A DNA stretch of 19,489 nt, from the IMG/VR virus record IMGVR_UViG_2609459850_000001, one strand, 5' to 3'. Each line of letters starts with the position of its first letter. Positions within the stretch are counted from its first letter, which is position 1. The DNA comes from a virus (taxonomy: Duplodnaviria; Heunggongvirae; Uroviricota; Caudoviricetes). The translations under genes and the position numbers were made by a program. This document shows positions 8,983 to 16,347 of this stretch, piece by piece. A model generated the notes under the pieces. The model was given only the letters and a program-made list of their open reading frames with translations. It had not been told where the DNA came from and ran no database searches.

Positions 8983-9380
8983 ACCGACATACACAAATCC
9001 GCCAGGCCGTACTGGCACGCCTTCGGGAACAGTGTGGAGACAGCGCCACGTTTTTTGACGGGCTTCCGGCATTTATTGATGCGCAGGAACTGCCTGCCGT
9101 GGCGGTGTGGCTGAGTGATGCTCAGTACACCGGAAAAATGACGGATGAAGATGACTGGCAGGCTGTTCTGCATATTGCCGTCTTCATCCGGGCACAGGCA
9201 CCGGATTCAGAGCTGGATATGTGGATGGAGAGCACCATTTTCCCTGCCCTGAATGATATACCGGCACTTTCCGGACTCATCGACACCCTGATCCCACTCG
9301 GTTTTAACTATCAACGTGATAATGAGATGGCCACCTGGGCGATGGCGGAAATCACGTACCAGATCACGTACACGAATTAA
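8979..9380 (+). CDS. U: tail terminator protein U
   Basis: The product (…ATFFDGLPAFIDAQELPAVAVWLSDAQYTG…PDSELDMWMESTIFPALNDIPALS…) aligns with lambda gpU as I recall it. The start is chosen at the ATG overlapping the Z stop; an alternative ATG lies at 8967. Confidence 0.85.
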   Translation: MNRHTQIRQAVLARLREQCGDSATFFDGLPAFIDAQELPAVAVWLSDAQYTGKMTDEDDWQAVLHIAVFIRAQAPDSELDMWMESTIFPALNDIPALSGLIDTLIPLGFNYQRDNEMATWAMAEITYQITYTN

Positions 9381-9390
9381 GGAGGTGGTA

Positions 9391-10134
9391 ATGACCACAC
9401 CAAATCCACTGGCAAAGACGAAAGGTGCGGGGACGACGTTCTGGATGTATACCGGCAACGGCGATGCGTTTGCGAACCCTTTGTCGGACACTGACTGGCT
9501 GCGTCTTGCGATGGTGAAGGATCTGCAACCTGGCGAAATGACCGCTGATGCAGAAGATGACACTTATCTCGATGATGAAGATGCAGACTGGAAAACGACA
9601 ACCCAGGGGCAGAAATCCGTTGGTGATACTTCGGCGACGCTGGCCTGGCGTCCGGGTGACAGCGGGCAGAAAAAACTGGTTCAGTTGTTCGACTCCGGTG
9701 AAGTCTGCGCGTTTCGTATCAAATATCCCAACGGCACTGTTGATGTTTTCCGTGGCTGGCTGAGCTCACTGGGTAAAACCATTGCCTCAAAAGACGTGAT
9801 GACCCGCACTGTGAAAATCAGCGGTGTGGGGCGTCCGTATCTGGCAGAGGAAGGCACTGAAACCGTGAGCGTTACCGGGCTGACAGTATCACCGGCGTCT
9901 GCCAGTGTAAAAGTGGGAGCAACCACCACGCTGACCTTTACAGTAAAACCTGACGGAGCCAGTGACAAAGCGATCAGTGTGCATTCGTCAGATCCACAGA
10001 CTGCCACGGTTACCCTGAACGGACTTGTGGCCACGGTAAAAGGCGTGAAGCAGGGCAGTGTCAGCATTGTGGGCATGACCGCTGACGGGAATTTTGTGGC
10101 TGTGACTGCGGTGACTGTCAGCGCAGCAGGTTAA
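9391..10134 (+). CDS. V: major tail protein V with C-terminal Ig-like (Big_2) domain
   Basis: 247 aa with AAGGAGGT RBS. N-terminus MTTPNPLAKTKGAGTTFWMY and ...YPNGTVDVFRGW... match lambda gpV. The C-terminal roughly 90 aa are Thr/Val/Ser-rich, typical of an Ig-like domain. Confidence 0.9.
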   Translation: MTTPNPLAKTKGAGTTFWMYTGNGDAFANPLSDTDWLRLAMVKDLQPGEMTADAEDDTYLDDEDADWKTTTQGQKSVGDTSATLAWRPGDSGQKKLVQLFDSGEVCAFRIKYPNGTVDVFRGWLSSLGKTIASKDVMTRTVKISGVGRPYLAEEGTETVSVTGLTVSPASASVKVGATTTLTFTVKPDGASDKAISVHSSDPQTATVTLNGLVATVKGVKQGSVSIVGMTADGNFVAVTAVTVSAAG

Positions 10135-10154
10135 CAGGACGATACTCATCATTT

Positions 10155-10178
10155 GCCCCGGTTATGCGGGGCTTTTTT
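10155..10178 (+). terminator. intrinsic terminator-like hairpin after V (GCCCCG-GTTATG-CGGGGC + T6)
   Basis: 6-bp GC stem followed by TTTTTT, 21 nt after the V stop and immediately before the G RBS. Confidence 0.5.
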
Positions 10179-10194
10179 GCAGGTGGAGAACATG

Positions 10195-10581
10195 ATGTTT
10201 CTGAAACAGGACACGTTTAATTATGAAAAACAGTCCGTGGTGCTCAGTGAGCTGTCCGGGCTGCAGAGAATTGAATATCTGACGTTTGTTCAGCAGCGAA
10301 CGGCAAAGTTTGATGCCGGGGAGGGAGAACTGCCGGAGGCTGAACGACAGATTGCTTTTCTGCGGATGGGGATGGATATCAATGCCTGGCTGGTTTCCCG
10401 CTCACTGTGGAATGCGGATCAGTCTAAGGATGTAGAGACGCTTTGCGCATCCGTTATTACAACATGGTCGTATGATGCCCTGGGTGCGGGGGCGGAGATG
10501 GTTCTGTCGCTGAGCGGTATGGGGGCCATTGATAATGCCGTGGATGATGAGCATGAGGCGCTGACGCCGGAAAAGTCCTGA
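10195..10581 (+). CDS. G: tail assembly chaperone G
   Basis: The N-terminus MFLKQDTFNYEKQSVVLSELSGLQRIEYL matches lambda gpG (MFLKTESFEH…LSELSALQRIEHL). GGAGA lies 5 nt upstream of the ATG at 10195. The track's 10153 start falls inside the terminator. Confidence 0.85.
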   Translation: MFLKQDTFNYEKQSVVLSELSGLQRIEYLTFVQQRTAKFDAGEGELPEAERQIAFLRMGMDINAWLVSRSLWNADQSKDVETLCASVITTWSYDALGAGAEMVLSLSGMGAIDNAVDDEHEALTPEKS

Positions 10582-10919
10582 CGCGGGAAATGCAGTTTGT
10601 CATGCGGCTTGCCCGGGAGTTCCGGCGGGCAGACTGGCGGCGGATGCTGTCGGAAATGTCGGCCACTGAGCTTGGTGAGTGGGGCGATTATTTCCGGATG
10701 CAGAGCTTCAGTGATGTGTGGATGGATGCGCAGTTTGCCTCGCTGAAGGCATTGATCGTGAGAATGGTGTCCGGCAGCAGTGATGCTGCGGTGGCTGATT
10801 TCAGCCTTTTACCGGAAGAGAACGGGATACCGGAGCGAACGGACGAAGAACTGATGCATCTTGGGGAAGGTATTTCCGGAGGTGTGCGTTATGGACCAGA
10901 TAGCCAACCTGGTCATTGA
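10195..10919 (+). CDS. GT: tail assembly chaperone G-T, predicted -1 programmed frameshift product (shift around 10569-10575)
   Basis: The -1 frame is open from 10557 to the stop at 10917-10919 and overlaps the last 8 codons of G. The heptamer G GAA AAG (10569-10575) is one nucleotide different from the lambda site G GGA AAG. Gene order G-T-H as in lambda. Confidence 0.65.
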
Positions 10920-13900
10920 TTTGGGGATTGATGCGGCAGAGTTTAAAAATGAAATTCCCCGTATCAAAAACCTTCTGAATGGTGCAGCCAGCGATGCAGA
11001 ACGGTCTTCTGCCCGTATGCAGCGTTTTATGGAGCGTCAGACTCAGGCCGCCCGGCAGACAACGCAGGCAGCTTCTTCGGCTGCAACAGCCGCATCCGTC
11101 CATGCGCAGACGGTGGAGAAGAACGCACAGGCTCATGAACGCATGGCCCGCGAGGTGGAGAAAACCCGCCAGCGCATGGAGGCACTGAGCCAGAAAATGC
11201 GCGAGGAACAGGCGCAGGCCATGGCTCTGGCGGAGGCTCAGGATAAAGCGGCTGCTGCGTTTTATCGTCAGATTGACAGTGTGAAACAGGCCAGTGCGGG
11301 GCTGCAGGAATTACAGCGTATTCAGCAGCAGATCCGACAGGCCAGAAACAGTGGCGGGATTGGTCAGCAGGATTATCTGGCGCTGATTTCTGAGGTTACT
11401 GCGAAAACCCGTGTTCTTACACAGGCTGAGGAAGAGGCTACCCGACAGAAAGTGGCGTTTATCCGTCAGCTTAAAGAGCAGGCAACCCGCCTGAATCTTT
11501 CATCTTCTGAGTTGCTTCGTGCTAAGGCAGCCCAGCTGGGGGTAAGCAGTGCTGCAGAAGTGTATATCCGCAAAATGGAGCAGGCAGGAAAAGCCACGCA
11601 TTCGCTGGGTCTGAAAAGTGCAGCAGCCCGCCAGGAGATAGGCGTTCTGATAGGTGAACTGGCCCGCGGCAATTTAGGAGCGCAGAGGGGATCCGGGATA
11701 ACGCTGGCTAACCGTGCCGGATGGATAGACACACTGATGTCACCGAAAGGCATGATGCTTGGCGGGGTTATTGGCGGTATTGCCGCGGCCGTCTATGGTC
11801 TGGGTAAAGCCTGGTATGACGGTCAGAAGGAGGGGGAAGAATTTAACCGCCAGTTGTCGCTGACGGGGCATTATGCCGGAGTCACTGCCGGGCAGCTGTG
11901 GACGCTCAGTCGTGCTATTTCCGGGAATGGTATCACGCAACATGCTGCAGCCGGTGCGCTGGCTCAGGTGGTGGGGAGTGGTGCATTTCGTGGAAACGAT
12001 ATCGGTATGGTGGCGAGAGCTGCCGCACAGATGGAGCGATCGGTTGGCCAGTCGGTCAGCGATACCATAAATCAGTTTAAGCGGCTGAAGGATGATCCTG
12101 TAAATGCCGCGAAGGCTCTGGACAATGAGCTGCATTTTCTTACTGCCACTCAGCTTGAGCAGATACGCGTCCTTGGGGAGCAGGGGCGGTCCAGTGATGC
12201 TGCACGGATAGCCATGTCTGCACTGGCAGAGGAAACCGGTCGGCGTACTGCGGATATTGATAATAACCTCAATGCGCTTGGCAGTACGCTGAAGTATCTG
12301 TCTGATTTGTGGAGTCGTTTCTGGGATGCGGCCATGAATATTGGTCGTGAAGACTCGCTGGATGAACAGATTGCCGCTTTACAGGAGAAAGTGTCGCGGG
12401 CGAAAAGACTCCCCTGGACGGCATCATCTTCTCAGGTTGAATACGATCAGCAGCGTCTTAACGATCTTCAGGAGAAAAAACGCCAGAAGGATTTGCAGGA
12501 TGCAAAAGAGCAGGCAGAGCGGAATTATCAGGAGCAACAGAAACGCCGTAATGCTGAAAATGCTGCACTGAACCGGATGAATGAAACGGAAGCAGCACGA
12601 CATCAGCGTGAAATTGCGCGTATTAATGCCATGCAGTACGCCGATCAGGCTGTCAGGGATGCGGCGATACAACGTGAAAATGAACGTTACGAGAAAGCCC
12701 TGGCATCCGGTAAGAAAAAAACACGCGAAACCCGTAATGATGAGGCCACCCGGTTATTGCTGCAGTACAGTCAGCAACAGGCACAGGTGGAAGGACAGAT
12801 TGCTGCTGCCAGACAGTCAGCAGGCATTGCCACGGAAAGGATGACAGAAGCGCATAAACAGCTTCTGGCTCTGCAGCAGCGCATCAGCGACCTGGACGGG
12901 AAAAAACTGACGGCAGATGAAAAGAGTGTGCTGGCCCGTAAAGATGAACTGATTCAGGCACTGACGCTGCTGGATGTAAAACAGCAGGAGCTACAGAAAC
13001 AGACGGCACTCAACGAGCTGAAGAAAAAAACAATTCAGCTGACCAGTCAACTGGCTGAAGAAGAGCGCGCTCAGCGTCAGCAACATGACCTGGATATCGC
13101 CACGGTGGGTATGGGTGATCAGCAGCGACAGCGATATCAGGTACAACTGAGTCTTCGCCAGAAATACCAGCAACAGCTGGAGCAGTTGAGGCGAGATAGT
13201 GAGCAGAAAGGGACATATAACACGGATGACTACAGAAAGGCCGAGCAGGCGCTGACGGAGAGCCTGAACCGACAACTGAATGAGAATCGCCGTTACTGGC
13301 AACAGCTTGAAGTTGTGCAGGGTAACTGGAAAAACGGAGTCCTGCGTGCATTTCAGGATTTTACCGTGGATGCAGATAATACGGCAGAAACAGCAGAACA
13401 GGTGTTCTCGTCAGCCTTCAGCAACATGGGAAATGGCCTGGCAACTTTTGTCACTACCGGCAAACTCAATTTCAAATCCTTCACCTCTTCTGTGCTGTCA
13501 GATATGGCGAAAATCCTGGCGCAGGCAACCATGATGAAATCGATAAAAGGGATTGGCAGTGTACTGGGATTTGATCTCAGCAGCCTTTCCCTGAATGCCA
13601 ATGGGGGGATTTATCAGTCTGCTGATTTGAGTCGTTACAGTGGCACGGTGGTTAACCGTCCGACGTTTTTTGCTTTTGCAAAAGGCGCGGGTGTGATGGG
13701 GGAAGCGGGACCTGAAGCCATTCTGCCATTGCGTCGTGGTGCTGACGGTAAGCTGGGGGTTGTGGCGGATATTGGGGGTTCAGGTATGGCGATGTTTTCC
13801 CCGCAGTACAACATCGAGATCAATAACGATGGCACGAACGGGCAGATAGGTCCGGCTGCCCTGAAGGCGGTTTATGACCTCGGGAAAAAAGCGGCAGCGG

Positions 13901-13956
13901 ACTTTATGCAACAGCAGGCCCGTGATGGTGGTCGGTTAAGTGGAGCATATCGGTAA
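10891..13956 (+). CDS. H: tail tape measure protein H
   Basis: 1021 aa from the ATG at 10891 with GGAGG 8 nt upstream. N-terminus MDQIANLVIDLGIDAAEF resembles lambda H (MAEPVGDLVVDLSLDAARF), and the C-terminus NNDGTNGQIGPAALKAVYD...DGG matches the lambda H C-terminus. Long central coiled-coil-like Q/E/R/K-rich region. Confidence 0.9.
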   Translation: MDQIANLVIDLGIDAAEFKNEIPRIKNLLNGAASDAERSSARMQRFMERQTQAARQTTQAASSAATAASVHAQTVEKNAQAHERMAREVEKTRQRMEALSQKMREEQAQAMALAEAQDKAAAAFYRQIDSVKQASAGLQELQRIQQQIRQARNSGGIGQQDYLALISEVTAKTRVLTQAEEEATRQKVAFIRQLKEQATRLNLSSSELLRAKAAQLGVSSAAEVYIRKMEQAGKATHSLGLKSAAARQEIGVLIGELARGNLGAQRGSGITLANRAGWIDTLMSPKGMMLGGVIGGIAAAVYGLGKAWYDGQKEGEEFNRQLSLTGHYAGVTAGQLWTLSRAISGNGITQHAAAGALAQVVGSGAFRGNDIGMVARAAAQMERSVGQSVSDTINQFKRLKDDPVNAAKALDNELHFLTATQLEQIRVLGEQGRSSDAARIAMSALAEETGRRTADIDNNLNALGSTLKYLSDLWSRFWDAAMNIGREDSLDEQIAALQEKVSRAKRLPWTASSSQVEYDQQRLNDLQEKKRQKDLQDAKEQAERNYQEQQKRRNAENAALNRMNETEAARHQREIARINAMQYADQAVRDAAIQRENERYEKALASGKKKTRETRNDEATRLLLQYSQQQAQVEGQIAAARQSAGIATERMTEAHKQLLALQQRISDLDGKKLTADEKSVLARKDELIQALTLLDVKQQELQKQTALNELKKKTIQLTSQLAEEERAQRQQHDLDIATVGMGDQQRQRYQVQLSLRQKYQQQLEQLRRDSEQKGTYNTDDYRKAEQALTESLNRQLNENRRYWQQLEVVQGNWKNGVLRAFQDFTVDADNTAETAEQVFSSAFSNMGNGLATFVTTGKLNFKSFTSSVLSDMAKILAQATMMKSIKGIGSVLGFDLSSLSLNANGGIYQSADLSRYSGTVVNRPTFFAFAKGAGVMGEAGPEAILPLRRGADGKLGVVADIGGSGMAMFSPQYNIEINNDGTNGQIGPAALKAVYDLGKKAAADFMQQQARDGGRLSGAYR

Positions 13957-14285
13957 TGGAGACGTTTCACTGGAAAGTGCGCCCGGATATGAATGTGGTA
14001 TCAGAGCCGAAAGTGGTGACAGTGAAGCTGGGCGATGGTTATGAACAGCGTCGTGCGGCGGGACTGAATAACCAGTTGTCGACTTACAGCGTGACGATAC
14101 GTGTTCGTAAATGTGAACACCCATCTTTAAAAGCCTTTCTGGAACGGCACGGTGGCGTCCGTGCATTTCAGTGGACGCCACCTTATGACTGGAAACCGAT
14201 CAGGGTGGTTTGTCGTAAATGGTCGGCAAGCGTGGGGGCGCTGTGGGTAACCATAACGGCAGATTTTGAACAGGTCGTGGCATAG
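13956..14285 (+). CDS. M: minor tail protein M
   Basis: 109 aa, the same length as lambda gpM, with near-identical motifs (METF.WKV.P, GDGY.QR, KWS). The start overlaps the H stop (TAATG). Confidence 0.95.
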   Translation: METFHWKVRPDMNVVSEPKVVTVKLGDGYEQRRAAGLNNQLSTYSVTIRVRKCEHPSLKAFLERHGGVRAFQWTPPYDWKPIRVVCRKWSASVGALWVTITADFEQVVA

Positions 14286-14294
14286 GAGGCTCTG

Positions 14295-14993
14295 ATGCAG
14301 GATATTCCACAGGAAACACATCATGAGACGACACGCCTCACTCAGTCAGCCCAGGTGGTGCTCTGGGAAATCGATCTGACAGAGGTCGGTGGTGAACGTT
14401 ATTTTTTCTGTAATGAGCAGAACGAAAAAGGTGAGCCGGTTATCTGGCAGGGGCGGCAGTATCAGGTATACCCCATTCAGGGGACGGGATTTGAACTGAA
14501 CGGCAAGGGCAGTGCTGCCCGTCCGACACTGACGGTTTCTAACCTGCACGGCATGGTCACCGGGATGGCGGAAGACCTGCAGAGTCTGGTCGGAGGAATG
14601 GTGGTCCGGCGTAAGGTTTACGCCCGTTTTCTGGATGCGGTGAACTTCGTCAACGGAAACAGTGACGCCGATCCGGAGCAGGAGGTGATCAGCCGCTGGC
14701 GCATCGAGCAGTGCAGCGAACTGAGCGCGGTGAGTGCCTCTTTTGTACTGTCCACGCCGACGGAAACGGACGGTGCCGTTTTTCCGGGACGTATCATGCT
14801 GGCCAACACCTGCACCTGGACCTATCGCGGTGATGAGTGCGGTTATCACGGTCCGGCGGTCGCGGATGAATATGATCAGCCGACGTCCGATATCACGAAG
14901 GATAAATGCAGCAAATGCCTGAGCGGCTGTAAGTTTCGCAATAACGTCGGCAACTTTGGCGGCTTCCTTTCCATTAACAAACTTTCGCAGTGA
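14295..14993 (+). CDS. L: minor tail protein L
   Basis: 232 aa, the same length as lambda gpL, and near-identical over long stretches (SVVLWEIDLTEVGGERYFFCNEQNEKGEP, CTWTYRGDECGY, KCSKCLSGCKFRNNVGNFGGF). AGGAGG RBS. Confidence 0.95.
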   Translation: MQDIPQETHHETTRLTQSAQVVLWEIDLTEVGGERYFFCNEQNEKGEPVIWQGRQYQVYPIQGTGFELNGKGSAARPTLTVSNLHGMVTGMAEDLQSLVGGMVVRRKVYARFLDAVNFVNGNSDADPEQEVISRWRIEQCSELSAVSASFVLSTPTETDGAVFPGRIMLANTCTWTYRGDECGYHGPAVADEYDQPTSDITKDKCSKCLSGCKFRNNVGNFGGFLSINKLSQ

Positions 14994-14998
14994 ATCCC

Positions 14999-15742
14999 AT
15001 GACAGAGACAGAATCAGCGATTCTGGCGCACGCCCGGCGATGTGCGCCAGCGGAGTCGTGCGGCTTCGTGGTGAGAACACCGGAGGGGGAAAGATATTTT
15101 CCCTGCGTGAATATCTCCGGTGAGCCGGAGGAGTATTTCCGGATGTCGCCGGAGGACTGGCTGCGGGCAGAGATGCAGGGTGAGATTGTGGCGCTGGTCC
15201 ACAGCCACCCCGGTGGTCTGCCCTGGCTGAGTGAGACCGACCGGCGGCTGCAGGTGCAGAGTGATTTGCCGTGGTGGCTGGTTTGCCGGGGGGCGATTCA
15301 CAAGTTCCGCTGTGTGCCACATCTTTCCGGGCGGCGCTTTGAGCACGGGGTGACGGACTGTTACACGCTGTTCCGGGATGCTTACCATCTGGCGGGGATT
15401 GAGATGCCGGATTTTCATCGCGAGGATGACTGGTGGCGTAACGGTCAGAATCTCTATCTGGATAATCTGGAGGCCACAGGGCTGTATCAGGTGCCGTTGT
15501 CAGCGGCGCAGCCGGGCGATGTGCTGCTGTGCTGTTTTGGTTCATCGGTGCCGAATCATGCCGCCATTTACTGTGGTGACGGCGAGCTGCTGCACCATAT
15601 TCCTGAACAACTGAGCAAACGAGAGAGGTATACCGACAAATGGCAGCGACGCACACACTCCCTCTGGCGTCACCGGGCATGGCACGCATCTGCCTTTACG
15701 GGGATTTACAACGATTTGGCCGCCGCATCGACCTTCGAGTGA
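14999..15742 (+). CDS. K: tail assembly protein K (JAMM/MPN metalloprotease-like + NlpC/P60-like domains)
   Basis: The JAMM signature H-S-H-x7-S-x2-D (HSHPGGLPWLSETD) is present in the sequence, and a Cys (VTDCYTLF) / His pair sits in the C-terminal half. Start set at the first ATG (14999); a GTG at 14990 overlaps the L stop. The 3' end overlaps I by 103 nt in another frame. Confidence 0.85.
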   Translation: MTETESAILAHARRCAPAESCGFVVRTPEGERYFPCVNISGEPEEYFRMSPEDWLRAEMQGEIVALVHSHPGGLPWLSETDRRLQVQSDLPWWLVCRGAIHKFRCVPHLSGRRFEHGVTDCYTLFRDAYHLAGIEMPDFHREDDWWRNGQNLYLDNLEATGLYQVPLSAAQPGDVLLCCFGSSVPNHAAIYCGDGELLHHIPEQLSKRERYTDKWQRRTHSLWRHRAWHASAFTGIYNDLAAASTFE

Positions 15743-16287
15743 AAACGGGGTCCGAAGCCATCCGGGCGCTGGCCATGCAGATCCCGGCGTTTCGTCAGAA
15801 ACTGAGCGACGGCTGGTACCAGGTACGCATTGCCGGGCGTGATGCAGGTGAAACCGAATTGTCTGCCCGTCTTAATGAGCCGCTGGCAAATGGTGCCGTG
15901 ATCCACATCGTGCCGCGTCTGGCGGGAGCTAAAAGTGGCGGTGTGTTTCAGGTGGTGCTGGGGGCGGCGCTGATTGCGGTGGCATGGTGGAACCCTGTGG
16001 GCTGGCTGGGTGCCGCGGCTGTATCGGGCATGTATGCGGCAGGGGCCAGTATGATCCTGGGCGGAGTGGCGCAGATGCTGGCACCGAAAGCCAGGACGCC
16101 CACGGCAGCAAGTACAGATAACGGCAAACAGAACACCTATTTCTCCTCACTGGATAACATGGTTGCCCAGGGCAATGTTCTGCCCGTTCTGTACGGTGAA
16201 ATGCGCGTGGGGTCGCGGGTGGTCTCTCAGGAGATCAGCACGGCAGACGAAGGGGATGGTGGTCAGGTTGTGGTGATTGGTCGCTGA
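15640..16287 (+). CDS. I: tail assembly protein I
   Basis: The N-terminus MAATHTLPLASPGMARICLYGDLQRFGRRIDLRVKTG and the C-terminus TDNGKQNTYFSSLDNMVAQGNVLPVLYGEMRVGSRVVSQEISTADEGDGGQVVVIGR match lambda gpI as I recall it. Confidence 0.9.
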   Translation: MAATHTLPLASPGMARICLYGDLQRFGRRIDLRVKTGSEAIRALAMQIPAFRQKLSDGWYQVRIAGRDAGETELSARLNEPLANGAVIHIVPRLAGAKSGGVFQVVLGAALIAVAWWNPVGWLGAAAVSGMYAAGASMILGGVAQMLAPKARTPTAASTDNGKQNTYFSSLDNMVAQGNVLPVLYGEMRVGSRVVSQEISTADEGDGGQVVVIGR

Positions 16288-16347
16288 TGAAAAACGTTTT
16301 ATGTGAAACCACCTCCGGGCGGTTTTGTCGTTTATGGAGCGTTAGGA

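Noticed and set aside
12991-13351. Leu-rich - strand ORFs inside the tape measure gene
   Set aside because: Antisense of the GAA/CAG-rich coiled-coil coding region, which gives CTG/TTC-rich open frames by chance.
14346-15689. 447-aa ORF on the - strand spanning L and K
   Set aside because: It lies entirely antisense to two strongly supported lambda-like genes. The product is Pro/Ala/Arg/Ser-rich low-complexity, typical of the reverse frame of GC-rich coding DNA, with no RBS context or recognisable domain.
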